Positions 1 through 14,300 of a DNA stretch of 64,000 nt are shown piece after piece. The stretch comes from Bugula neritina (Eukaryota; Animalia; Bryozoa). The stretch is from contig OZ037768.1 in the NCBI GenBank assembly GCA_964035545.1, positions 1,364,001 to 1,428,000 on the forward strand, given 5' to 3'. Below the pieces are notes generated by a model. It was not told the DNA's origin. It ran no database searches and saw nothing but the letters and a program-made list of their open reading frames with translations. The first letter of the stretch is position 1. Every line of letters starts with the position of its first letter. The position numbers were made by a program, and so were the translations under genes.

Positions 1-512
1 TGTTTGTATCAGAGTGTTTAGTATCTTGTTACTGCATCCACATTAACGCTGGAATATATAATAATATCGTAACTGTATCTCCAGTAGTAACGTATCTTGT
101 AGCCATGATGGTATATTTATTACTAGTAGTATTATTATGTAATAAATGTAAAAATGCAGGATGAGTTGCAAAGCATGTAGCTTTAAGCTGGTAAATGCTA
201 GCAGCTATTATGTAATAAAGTACACTACTCCCTCCATATTTCACTATGCTGCTGGTACAGACCTTAATTCGTGACATAGTGATAGTATGATAACATATTT
301 AACTTACTGATCAATTAAATCCGGCCATTTTGTCTCTATACACACCTACATAAGCCACAAAACAAGGGCCCAAGCCCTTCTCCTAACCCATGGAACTTCG
401 TAAGAAATGGATTCGTGAGATATGGAGGGTGCACAGTAATACTATTAGTTGGGAAGTTTTCTTGCAACTGTGTCGCTTACCAGTTAACATAAGATGCCTT
501 GGTCTATCGTAG

Positions 513-3210
513 AACTCTGCCCAGAGCCATATGGATATCTATACCTCTCATCACAGTTCTGTATGTGTGTACCAACATAGCTTTCTTCACTGTGCTCTCC
601 AAACAGGAAATGCTAGATGCTGACGCTGTCGCTGTTGTAAGTGTCTTGTCTTGGTGCAGCATCTGGCACTATGCTACACTGTATTGCGTTATGTCCCACT
701 ATGTCAAACTGTGTCACACTCTGTCATACTATGTCACACTCTGTCATAGCTTGTCATGCTGTGTCACACTATGTCATACCTTGTCATGCTGTGTCACACT
801 GTGTCACACTATGTCACACTGTGTCACACTATGTCACACTGTGTCATACCCTCTCATGCTGTGCATTGTATTTCCTTGCTTTAAGATGTAAATATACCTG
901 ACTGTCTTATTATACTTTAAGTCTTAAGATGTGAATACGCTTGCGTGTTTTATTCACAAAAATGCTGACTTGGGGGAACTACTTAAAATGCTGACTTGAA
1001 GTTTTCTTCAGCTTGTAGTTTCAATAAGCACAATTAGGCTGTTAGTTGTACTAGTTGCAGCAACTACTGACATTTAACTCTACACTAATCACCATACTGT
1101 CTGTAAATAAACAGCTGCCAAACATGAAGTTTAGCTAATGGGTTGGAGGGAAAATATTTATAATTCAACAATTCTAACAATTTGCAAAGTATTAAAGAAC
1201 ATGCTATGCAATAAGCATTGAGCAAATGTTTCGCTAGTTTTAAGATGGTGAAAGCAGCTCTTTAGATAACAATATTGTATTTTCCACAATTGCCTGCACT
1301 TAGTATATCATAATTTACAAAAGTATTTGGATAAAGTTTTCGACTGGGCACTCAAATTTGACCGGTATAGGGCGCAAGGCTATGTCAAGGTTAGAAGATG
1401 TCACAGGATGCCTAATAGCCTGAAGTATTGAAAGTTTTTATAATCATTTAGAGATTTGTTTTAGAAAGTTTTCACAACGGTATACCAATAAACTTACGAA
1501 AACAAGACTACAATAATAAGATAACTCCAAATAAAACTGTATTATAATTTCTAAAGCAAGTTCTTATTTCACTGATGTCTCTACTGTTTCAGCTGTTTGG
1601 AAGCAAGACTCTGGGTGTGATGTCATGGATTATCCCCATATTTGTAGCTTGCTCTACATTTGGCAGTCTTAATGGGTCTATATTTGCCTCATCTCGGTAT
1701 GAACACTAGAGCTATCTGCCCTGTACTGTGCTGTATAGTAGTATAATACCGTGTTACGCAAGTTATAACACATATATTGTGTATATATGGTTACTTATGG
1801 TGAGAAATGTGATGTGTATACTTTGTGTGCTAAAGTAGTATTTGCTGCGTGATAACTGAATACCTGTTCATGAATTTTTTTAAATTGAAAATTAACTACC
1901 AGCTGTTGAAATAAAGATTTATTAACTCTGGAATACTGCATTCAGGCTGTACTATGTGGCAGCAAGGAAAGGACAACTCCCTGAAGCAATTTCTTATGTT
2001 AACACTTCATGGATGACTCCAATAGTCTCTGTTGTGTTTCAGGTGAGAAATTTGTGCTAATACATTCCAGTCCTACTACTACTACTACTACTGCTACTGC
2101 TACTGCTACTGCTACTGCTACTAGTACTACTACTACTACTACTACTGCTACTACTACTACTGCTACTACTACTACTGCTACTACTACTGCTGCTACTACT
2201 ACTGCTACTACTACTACTGCTACTACTAATACTACTACTAATACTACTACCGTCACTACATTTTTACTATTAATGCTACATTGTTATAGAATTATTGTGT
2301 ATGTGCATGCATGCTTATGTTCTCAGTCAGTGACCCAGTTTAAATACAAATACTTTTCATGGTGTAAACAATTTCAAACAATGCGAGTGTAAAAAGAGAT
2401 GCTAAGTTATGAAAGGTTTTATTTCAATATACACACTGTTTGTTAACTTATAGATGATAGTCTCCCTGTTCTGTCTAATCTCCTCTGATATCCATGAGCT
2501 CATCAACTACGCCACTTTCTTTGAGACAATGTTTATTGGTCTCACCGTGGCCAGCCTTCTGTACATGAGAAGGAAATTCCCTAACCTCGAAAGGCCTATG
2601 AAGGTAGGGATTGACCTGCATATCTTATGATATAATATCAAATAATACTACATGATATAATACAGTATATTATAACACAATATAATATGATATACACCGT
2701 CAGCATGTTTCGACCTGTATGTCTTAGGATCATATAATATATAATACAATATAATATATTATTATATTATATTCTAGAATAATATAACATGATGAGATAC
2801 AGTATAATGTAACATACTATTATGTAACACATTATTATTCATGAAGCTTTATACTACAATAATTATGTAAATAACTTAATATTAGTTTCTTTGTAAACAA
2901 GACATCATTCTGATGATAAATGACCCAGAATGCACCGCATGTATATAAGTTGTATTATTTTTAGGTGTCCCTCTTCTTCCCCATCGCATACCTAGTATTC
3001 TGCCTGTTCCTACTGTGTATGACTCTGTATGAAGGAGCTAAATCTTCTCTCATTGGTATAGCCATCTGTCTATGTGGGCTGCCGGTTTACGCTGTCGGAG
3101 TTGCTTGGAAAAACAAACCCGCTGCATATTTCAGAGCCAGTCGCCGATTTTACATCTTCTTACAGAAGCTGTTTGTCTGCGTGCCTGAAGAAAAAGCTAG
3201 CTTAGACTAG
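513..3210 (+). CDS. SLC7-family L-type/y+L amino acid transporter light chain, 3' exons (5' part lies upstream of window)
   Basis: GT-AG exons 513-636, 1593-1696, 1946-2042, 2454-2603 and 2965-3210 splice in frame: [24 protein letters not shown]...[41 protein letters not shown]...LINYATF...RPMKVSLFFPI. These are hallmark LAT1/y+LAT motifs; the paralog is not resolvable. Confidence 0.92.
690..850. repeat. 10-bp tandem repeat (TGTCACACTN)
   Basis: Directly visible in the SLC7 intron, shortly after the donor at 637; explains ORFs 499..891 and 641..901. Confidence 0.85.
2073..2260. repeat. (ACT/GCT)n trinucleotide microsatellite
   Basis: Directly visible, ~30 nt after the donor at 2043. Confidence 0.95.
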
Positions 3211-5336
3211 TTGCCATGGAAACATGACTTCTAATGCGTGGATTTTTAGTCATAAGTTATATGCTTTGGAGTGGCTGGCTTGCTCTTTATAGCTCTACCA
3301 AATCAAATTTTAAACAAACTGGTATTTTAAGAGTTTTTACATAAAAGCAATACATGAAATGTTGCATCTAGCTATATGCTTCACTTTTGTCACACCAAAG
3401 CTGATGGGTTAGTTATTCAATCTTCTACATTGTAAACATGTATAGAATCAATATTTGTATATTATGTGCTCAGATCTATTGTTTTAAATACCTATGTAAT
3501 TAGAAAAATAAAAAGTGTCTATTTCAAAAAAGTTTCAAGATAAACTGTATAATATAGTGAATGCTTCTAGCAAATAAATCAAAGTAGCTAGAATATTATG
3601 TGTTACAATTGAAGTCGTTTTTCTTCGTTGGAAGACAAAAACAGATACGTTCAACTTTACACTCGCACACATACACAACACATGTACATAAAAACTGGTA
3701 CGACATAGACATGAATAATGGCGAAGTGAATTGACTGCATGTATCCACTACATCATTAAACTCTCAATGTATTGCGATTTAATATAAGCAGCCAACATGC
3801 ATGGCATTAGATACCAAGTATGGTCTACATCAAAAGCCTGTTAAATATTGGTTGACAAACACAAATATATGCTTTTTACAAAAACTAGGTAAAACAAAAA
3901 ATGTTTCTGTAAGAGATCGTATCTGTTTGCTTACAAAAATGTTCAGTTCATCACTAAAGTGATATTTCGCTATCTTTACCGAGCATAGAGCAGTTAGAGT
4001 TTTCTTTTCTTTGCTTTTTAGTAGCGCCAATAATCACATAAAAGCCGATGTGTTTTGGCCACTTTATTAGTTTAGAAAGTCAAACACACTTCGGCGTGTG
4101 TTGGGGATCCACATCAAAACCCAATAATAATACAGGCCAAGTTTCAATACTTAGTTTAGCGGAAGGTGAGCTAAACCTGGAAATTTTCGAGTGTATTATG
4201 ATTGTGTATGATTATACTAAGTATAATACTTATGGATTGAAAATAGAGCTAATCCTATTCTGGTATTAGTATTACTTAGACTTATAGTTATAGCTTTTAG
4301 TTTTAGTAATACTAATACTAATAGTAATACTAATAGTAATAGTAATACTAGATCTAATCATTATGATTATGATTATCACTGTAAGACTAAGAGTAAGACT
4401 AAGTGTAACTGTAACACTAACTGTAAGTCAAAGTGTATCACTATGAGTATGAGTGATACTATGACTATCAGATTCACACTATCACTATCGCAGTTTGAGC
4501 TTGAGTATCAGTATCAATATGACTATGTCACTTACTATGTGTATCAGTGATAGTTAATGCTATAATCATAATCATAATGATAGTAACACGATGAGTATAA
4601 CTATAAGATTAAGTATAAGTATCACTAACAGTAACTGTTAAACTTGGTATTACATTTACTTTCAGTTTTACTATGATGATATTAATGTTAATAATATTAA
4701 TATTAATAATAATATAACTTTATAAGTGGTTGCCACAGTGACAGTATGAGTATCAGTATGAATATCAGTGTGAGCGGTTATAAGTATAACTAGCCTGTTT
4801 TAGTCAGTAATTGCAAGAAATGTTGAGATGAAAATTTAAAGCTCATTACACTTGTAATACTAATAGTAATAGTAATAGTAATAACAATAACATTAACTGT
4901 CATGATCATAATATTGTATACTAGTAGCAGTCTAGCTAGTGATGCAGTTTTTTTATCCAGTCTATTTTTCATTTTTTGATCATAACGATTATTATAATTA
5001 TTTAATGCAATAAGAATTTTTTGCTCACCTAGCCAGCTGCTCTCCTGCATGAGTAGTCGTATAATGAGATAAAAATTAGAAGGTTATTTGTATTTGCAAT
5101 AATAAAATATACATCTAAAGTTGAATTTCCTGAGCAACCGAAACTATAGAAATCAGTATCTGTAGCCAGTTAGCATGAGAACCATAGTGTTAATAGCCAT
5201 AATATGTTTTTAGTTAACTAAAACCGAGACTATAAATATGTTGAGCAGCTGAAAATTACAGGTTTTTCCTGCTTTATTTCAGAGAGACACAATGAAGTGA
5301 GATTTGACCGGCTCTGGCAGACGGGGTGCTCCAAGG

Positions 5337-8300
5337 ATGGCACTTGTCACTATACATAGACCCTCTAGTCCACAGAGACAGCAGGTTGAGTAGTGCCCAC
5401 ACTTGTTATTCTATTGTGAAGTGAAACTGCATTGAATGCTTATATTGTGCTTTAAGCTCTAGTAAAATGGTAGACATACAGAATTATTGGAGTACGTGAC
5501 TCAGTAATCAGCTGTTTGCAGGTTCTATAATTCAAGCAACACTTGGGCTAGAAATGTTCCACAGAGGTTCTAGTAGTAACTCCTCCTTTAATACAGTCGA
5601 GATAGTGATAGTGTTCTATTATTATAAATCTGCTGGTAAAATAATATGTATTTATTGTTTGTAGGATGTTGACAGCGTTGACAGCGACCAGCAATCCTCT
5701 CGGCAAGGGAAAAAGTATGAAACTATTTCATAAGGTTTACAAGTTGCATTGTGAGATCAGGCTGTTTGTAAATTAGTGTTTAGTTGATCAATTAACTGGA
5801 TGGAAACATCAGATGGATTCTAGCAGTCAGCAAATCTCTCACTCTTCTCTGTTGTATAACATGGAAATATATTGTACCTTTTGTAGTTTTGTCAATTTGC
5901 TGTTTTTAAAAGTCACTCTCTGTAATTTATTGGTCAATTTGTGAGGCAATTTATTTACAATAGGTCAGTTATTATAATAGCTTCATTTACTGTAGCACTC
6001 TATGTGATAGGTTGGTTTACTGTACCATTTGATGTGGTAGATCAGTTCACTGTAACACTCTATGTGATAGGTCACAGGGAGGTTTAAAGAAACTGATGGC
6101 TACTGTTAACACCATTAAATTTGTTAACAGGCTGAGGTATGTAGGTAGCACGCAGGTCTAAGCACGCAGGTCTAAGCACGCAGGATGTACAGGGCCTACA
6201 ACTTATTCTGCTAACCTCTTTCACTTCTTTTTTTGGAGTCGTTTCACCGCATTTAGTGCTAGGTTTACTCTCGTTATGTAGCTTGGTTGCCTTGCAGTGT
6301 TGGTTGTAGACTTGAGTCTCGTATTCTTCAGAGTTTGGCACTGCATGTTGTGCTGTAATTAGATGAATACTAGTAGCCTGTGTATCCTAATATATATGTG
6401 TGTGTGTGAGGTGATCCTGAGGCTGTAGTCTGCAGTGTAGCAGAGTTCCATGTTGCTCTTTGCTTGCGGTATGAGTTGGACTCCGGTACTGGCACTCATA
6501 ATACGGTAGTACTCTACATAGTAGTACTCTACATAGTAGTACTCTACACAGTAGTACTCTATATAGTAGTACTCTACACAGTAGTACTCTACACAGTAGT
6601 ACTCTACATAGTAGTACTCTACATAGTAGTACTCTACACAGTAGTACTCTACACAGTGGTACTCTACACAGTGGTACTCTACACAGTGGTACTCTACACA
6701 GTGGTACTCTACACAGTGGTACTCTACACAGTGGTACTCTACACAGTGGTACTCTACACAGTGGTACTCTACACAGTGGTACTCTACACAGTGGTACTCT
6801 ACACAGTGGTACTCTACACAGTAGTACTCTACACAGTAGTACTCTACACAGTAGTACTCTACACAGTAGTACTCTACACAGTAGTACTCTACACAGTAGT
6901 ACTCTACACAGTAGTACTCTACACAGTAGTACTCTACACAGTAGTACTCTACATAGTAGTACTCTACATAGTAGTACTCTACATAGTAGTACTCAGTGAT
7001 TACTCCCAGTGATACTCTTAGTTTTTCTAGTTTGGTAGTTTCTGTCAGAATTCAGAAGTTGTTTGTCAGCTATATTGATAATAACCAGAAGTCTCTTCAA
7101 ATGTTGGTAATGGTTGAGGGGGGGAGCGATTTACTTACCATTCTACATCTGCATGAGAATTTAGTCTAACCAAGTATTGCATTTACTCTCAATGTAATGC
7201 CAACATTGTCAGCAATAAAAGGTTATTACTGATTGCAATATCACCAGTGACTATGGCATAGAGTGCTTTTACTATATTAATACGATGATGTATTTAGCTA
7301 TGCATTGGTGTCTGTAGCAGCTTGTGATATCGTGTTCTATGTTGGCTCTGTGGCTATGCAATGAATATAATATAATGCATATTATAGCTAAACAAACTTT
7401 ACTCTTTCTCATTTCTGCTCTTTCAGCTCTTGGTTTCTTTTCTCTAAGTTTTCTTATATGATTAATATTGTTTTATGATAATGTGACATGTTGCCCTTTA
7501 TTTTGTATTTTATTTTGTATGAACTGTAGCAAGATTGTAATAGGGAATTCTTAAAAACTTTATTAAAAGATAGCATACCATTTTAACATAGTATGTTAAA
7601 TGGAAAGGGGGGGAGGGGTTCGTTTGTGGTTACCTGTACAGGTAATACCTGTCTCCACTCTCTCAGTAGGCTTGCCTGCGTTCACTGATATCATGATTAG
7701 GAAAGAGTAACTCTGCTGGTATCAACACTGTAGTATGATACAGCTGTGATGTAACACCACCAGTGTCTCTATTTATCAGTAGCTCTTATGAATACACAGA
7801 CTTGAGTCCACTTGACATCTCTTGTAGGTGTTTATCATGTGCCCTCCCCCTAGGGGGCTGGTGGTGCCAATCCACTCCCCCCACGTGTTTCCCCAGCACA
7901 CACACCTACACAACACATACCTACACAACACATACCTACACAACACACACCTACACAACACATACCTACACAACACACACCTACACAACACACACCTACA
8001 CAACACACACCTACACAACACACACCTACACAACACACACCTACACAACACACACCTACACAACACACACCTACACAACACATACCTACACAACACATAC
8101 CTACACAACACATACCTACACAACACACACCTACACAACACATACCTACACAACACACACCTACACAACACACACCTACACAACACATACCTACACAACA
8201 CACACCTACACAACACACACCTACACAACACACACCTACACAACACATACCTACACAACACACACCTACACAACACACACCTACACAACACACACCTACA

Positions 8301-11300
8301 CAACACACACCTACACAACACACACCTACACAACACACACCTACACAACACACACCTACACAACACACACCTACACAACACACACCTACACAACACACAC
8401 CTACACAACACACACCTACACAACACACACCTACACAACACACTCCTCTATGTCACCATTTAATAAATATCATGAACTTGTCTCATAACAATTAATGTTC
8501 TGGAGTCAATACTACTTGTCAGATTTTTCTTGATTTGTTACGAAATGCTTCATTGGCCACCCGCTGGTGATAAAGTTAGCTGAGTTCCTACTTATAGTTG
8601 CTAAGCAATTGAGGGCTGTGAGTGGTAGGGCCCAGCTACCAGCTGTTGATTTATCACTTTGAATATACAAGCCGACTACGTTATACTATATACTATGCTA
8701 TGTTGTACTATATACTATGCTATGTTGTACTATATACTATGCTATGTTATACTATATACTATGCTATGTTGTACTATATACTATGCTATGTTATACTATA
8801 TACTATGTTATGTTATACTATATACTATGTTATGTTATACTATATACTATGCTATGTTATACTATATACTATGCTATGTTATACTATATACTATGCTATG
8901 TTATACTTTATACTATGCTATGTTGTACTATATACTATGCTATTATTCTATGTACTATAATATATTATGTTATATTATATTATGTTATACTATATTAGAC
9001 TATAATATATTATGTTAAATTGCATTATGTTATATTATATTGTGCTATACTATATGTTATGTTGTACTATATTATACTGTAATATTTTACTCTGTCTACT
9101 GCAGGTTTAGTGAAAGTTACTTCACTATAAAAGGAGCCGCTTTAATTCTTTCAAAACCCAAGAAGCTTCCCCCAGCAAAACGGCAAAGGACAAAATCCAA
9201 GTCTTCCATTCAAGGTGATGTGCGGTTGGAGGTGCTAAGGCTGTTTGTTCATACGTGAACAGGGGTGGGGGTTGAGTTGGGCTGATGCACCCCAACTCAA
9301 GAATTATACTAATTTTTAAGTACTTTTAGTATGAAAAACTTTTGTTTTAAATATGAAAGCTCTCGTTTCACGGTGACATCAGGTGAAGAATTAAAGCTAT
9401 ATTGTTGCTGAGCTCTCAGTCTATGCACACAAATTTCTGTCATGAAGTAAACTAATAGGCATCATGTACACACATAACTCTGTTACTTCAGTACAACTGC
9501 AAACCATGCCTAGCAGCTGATATGTTTGAGTTTTAACAGTGAAGTGATTACTAGAGCAATGACCAGATGTTGACTTGCAGTTGGCTGTCATCTGATAGCA
9601 CCTGCTGGTCAGTGACACCTGACTGTGGCATGTCCTGACAAGTGCCCTCATGTGCCCTTCTGTTGTTCCTCTAATACTCAGCGTTATTTCATTGTTGACT
9701 TTCCATCTGTCTGGTGCCTCACTGCCCTCCTCTGTATCTCTATACCTGTATATACCTGCTGGTGGTACACCTGTATATACCTGCTGGTGGTACAACTGTA
9801 TATACCTGTTAGCAAGCTGTGTAAACTGTAAGTTATCAAGTGTGAGGTGAGAAGTTATCAACTCTTTGTATTATTACAGTGCCCGGAATACAGACACATC
9901 TGCAGTGTATGTTTAATGTACTTCGTGCTGACGACACTATACAAATAGTAAGTACAGTATATATATATATATATACACTTACTTATTGTGTACTTACTAT
10001 AGTATATATATACTCTACTGTGTAATACACACTCTTAAGGGTGTGGTATGTAATACATCTGAATATAGGTTAGACAAGGAAAAATATACTGCTGTGTGTA
10101 ATTCTTGTTAATTTATATAGCAGCTTCATTCCATTCAACTTCACTTTATATGACTTATGAATTTGGTTTTATTAGCCATAAGATGTTATTACAGGCAATA
10201 ATGCTGAGTAATATGACTGTTGGTTGATTAGCTTAACATATTTTCATTGTTTCCAAAGTTGTATTTTATGTAGTACTTCCTTGTGAAGTTGTCCTTTTTC
10301 AATATTAAATTAGTTGTATTATACTAGATAAACTATAACACTAGTTGTATTATACTAGATAAAGTGTTGTACCTAATCTAATTGTTACTATGAATCAACA
10401 TGTATGTATTTCATAATTAGCATCATGTTAGTACTCTAGCTCATAGTACAACCTACATTACATGTATTATTACACTAATTTATGATGTAACCTTATCTCC
10501 TCACCCCTTTCCCAAGTGCTCTTGAGTCTAACTATCACCTTGCAGGCTATCCAGTTAGACAGCTTGACTCACTACTCCAAGTACCTGGCCATAGTTGTCA
10601 CCAACAGCGACACTGGCGAATGTCAGCAGGGCACCATCATCGGCTTCCATTGCTCTGGCGAGGAGGCATTCATCGGCCTCGTGCTGCCAATATATCGTAA
10701 CACAAGCGTCGTGCTAGACGGGGACGGGTATGGTATATGTAACCCCCCCCTGTAGCTCTGATTGACATAGCCTTAAGATATTCTGTTTGCAATAGTACGA
10801 AAAGCGGCTGCGTTATCTATGTTGTGATAAATTTTCCCCGTCCTAATGAAATCTGGGTTTGCTTACAACTGCTGGAGTTATCTACACATTCTTAGCCTGA
10901 GAACTTCAACCATCTCATCTCCGTTGTTGTAGCGGGTTCCAAATATCCACAGAAGAGCGTTACTACGTCTTCAAACCCACAGGGGTGCAGGCAATGTGGT
11001 CGGCCTGGATGGCATTTACTAAAGTCTGTTCTGTAGCCCAGGAGAATAACCACAGGAGTGGAGGATCTACCCACTCTTGGCTGTCACACTACACTGACAG
11101 GGTAAGTTACAGACAGAGTAAGTTACATACAGATAGAGTAAGTTATATACAGATAGAGTAAGTTGTATACATACAGAGTAAGTTATTATATCATTTAGAT
11201 AACGCAGCAACAGTGCTTGGTGAATGAATGGAATGAGTTGGATGATTTGATGTCACGGAGACAAGACTGTTACGCTATGAATAGAGAAGATGACTCTGAC

Positions 11301-14300
11301 TCTCTGAAGAGAGAAATCAGAAGCCATCTTCGAGAAATTCTGATACACTGTGACCTGGAAGAGCTGACGTCTATCGGGGTAAGTCGTTCTCGTCTTATCT
11401 ATTTCACTGTATAGAGTATCTATTTCACTGAATAGAGTATATATTTCACTGTATAGAGTGTATATTTCACTGTATAGAGTATATATTTCACTGTATAGAG
11501 TATATATTTCACTGTATAAAGTGAAAATGCTGTAAAATAGCCTGATATATTTCCAGCTACGCACACAGTTGGAGGAGCGTGTCGGCCAGCCTCTCAAGCA
11601 GTACAGACGGTTCATAGACGAGGAAATGATGCTTATGATTCGTCAGCTGGATGTCGCCTCTCAGATATTTGACTTTGTTTACCTCGGCACGGAGTGGAAC
11701 GCCTCAAACCTCAAGGATCTCCAGGCCTGCGGGTGAGTGGCACAGTTTCTTGTAGTACTAGTAGTCCTCAGTACTGAGAGCGAGTACTGAGTACTAAGTA
11801 CTCACTCTCAGTACTAACAGTTGGTAGTTGGTACTTATTGAATATATGTTCAATGTTTCACAGAATTGGCTATATATTGAATGTAACGAAAGAAATTGAC
11901 AACTTCTTTCCTGGACTCTTCAAATACAAGAACATCCGCCTTTATGATGAAGAACACGTCAACTTGATGAAGCACTGGGAGCACACCCACAAGTTTATTT
12001 GTGATGCGAGGGACAATAACTCCAAAGTACTAGTGCACTGCAAAATGGGCATTAGCAGGTCTGCCTCTACGGTACGTTACTGTATAGTGGAGTGTATTAT
12101 TGTATAGTAGAGTGTATTATTGTATAGTAAAGTGTATTACTGTATAGTATACTGTATAGTAAAGCGTATTACTGTATAGTAAAGCGTATTACTGTATAGT
12201 AAAGCGTATTACTGTATAGTAAAGCGTATTACTGTATAGTAAAGCGTATTACTGTATAGTAAAGTGTATTACTGTATAGTAGAGTGTATTACTATATAGT
12301 AAAGTGTATTACTGTATAGTATAGTGTATAGTAAACTGCAGGTGATAGCGTTTGCTATGAAGGAGTACGGCTGGAGTCTAGACTACACGCTCGAACTAGT
12401 CAAGAGCAAACGCCCCGTCATCTGTCCAAATGATGGATTCATGCAGCAGCTGCACACATATGAGGGAATTCTAAATGCCAGGTTGTCTCCCCTTCATTCA
12501 GTTTTGCTAATTTTCTTGAAGAAAATTTAATATCACAAAGTGGTGCATAACTTGAGTATTACTGAGTATGTATTCAGTATGTTATTATAAAACTATACGG
12601 TATTACTGAGTATGTATTCAGTATATTATTATAAAACTATACGGTATTACTGAGTATGTATTTAGTATGTTATTATAAAACTATACGGTATTACAGGGTA
12701 TGTAATCAGTATATTATTATAAAACTATACGGTGTTACTGAGTATGTATTTAGTATGTTATTATACGACTATATGGTATTACAGGGTATGTATTTAGTAT
12801 ATTATTATACAGCTATTATGGTATTACTGAGTATGTATTCAGTATATTATTATAAATCTATACGGTATTACTGAGTATGTATTCAGTATATTATTATAAA
12901 ACTATACGGTATTACTGAAGTATAACTTGGTGTGTATTTTACAGCAAACAACGGTGGAACTCAGTGTTTTCAGGTGAAGAGGATAAAGGCATGTCGAGAG
13001 ACACACTACTTCAGAAGAATGAGTCAGATCTGTTCAGCAGCACTTCCAGTGAGGCAGCTGTCGCCGTTGACTCACAAACAGATACCACATTAGATGAAGG
13101 TGACTATTCATTATGAAAAGCGAAATATATGTGAAGATTGAAAATTTTCTCCTCTGGAGTTGAAAATTTTATGTAAAATCATCAGAAATTTTTTTTCTTT
13201 TTCCTACCAGCTTAGACAATTTCTTAACTCTGTATCACTTTTATGAATTACCAGGGTTCTTCACCTTGCTGTATGAGGACATACAGCCCCCCACCCACTA
13301 AGTTTTCTCTTGGAAACACAGGTTACTCTCTGCGTACATAATCACTCAATAGCTTTAGACTGGGGAACACATCTGTGTCGTAAATATTCTCTCATATTAC
13401 ATTCTTGGTTGTTTTATCTCAGTTCTTTTCCTGTTGGATTTCATGTTTGAGAGATTCGATGTTCGAGTTAGTCATAAAACGTTGCGAGTGAAAGCCTATT
13501 TCTTCAAAAGAAGCACTACTTGCCATGCAGATGTGTTCCCCGTTCTACGCATGACTCCTAACGCTTTGCTTCTTTCCATTAGGAGGCAGGTTTCTTGTCG
13601 CATGCGACATCATCTTCAAACTCAAGTTAGTTTATTGCGCTGCTTGAGAAGGGAATATCTCTTGTTCATTGTTAGTCATGTTGGCCTTGACCTAACTTGA
13701 CAAATCAAGCTTTATGAAAAGACATCTACAAGTTTCTGTAATTTTAAACCATATTTGTGAAATTATAGTGAAATGATTTATTCTATGTTGGGCAATGAAA
13801 TGATATACAGGACTGAGTTGATCTGCTGTTCGTTGTGTTGCATTATCTTCGTACAATTTCCGTCTCAACAAGTCAGTCAATGTTGAAGGATATAATTACG
13901 TCTGCAATTCGCTGTCTTTTGCTACTCGCTGCCGTTTGCTCACTCAAGTGTACATCACCTCGCAATGCAGCCTCTTCAGTCTCAAATAACAACTTACATT
14001 TCTCTACGCCACAATCAACAGCTAACTTCTCATATTAATACTTCAACTGTTACAAGATGCTGACTTGTTAGTCTCTGTATTCTCTAGTCAACTGCATGCC
14101 CGCACAGGTGGTCTCTTGTTTCGGTGTTGTAGAAGTGTATGCCGTGTTGTGCAGTAGCATTGTAGCATGATAGATTATGATGGTGGTTCACGTTAGACTT
14201 TGTTGATTTGTTGAAGCATGCACTGGAATGGCCGCCCCAACTCACACTGTAGAAGATAATAGTTCGACTAGTGACAGCGAGTCCACAGACTCTGATGCTG

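Noticed and set aside
375-435. THAP-like peptide (PMELRKKWIREIWR) suggesting a transposase relic
   Set aside because: Only ~14 aa, preceded by a stop, with no C2CH residues or terminal repeats seen.
6464-9018. Long repetitive ORFs (YTVVL, THTYT, CCVGV, etc.) as novel structural proteins
   Set aside because: They are translations of stop-free intronic minisatellites in several frames at once, with no splice or codon support.
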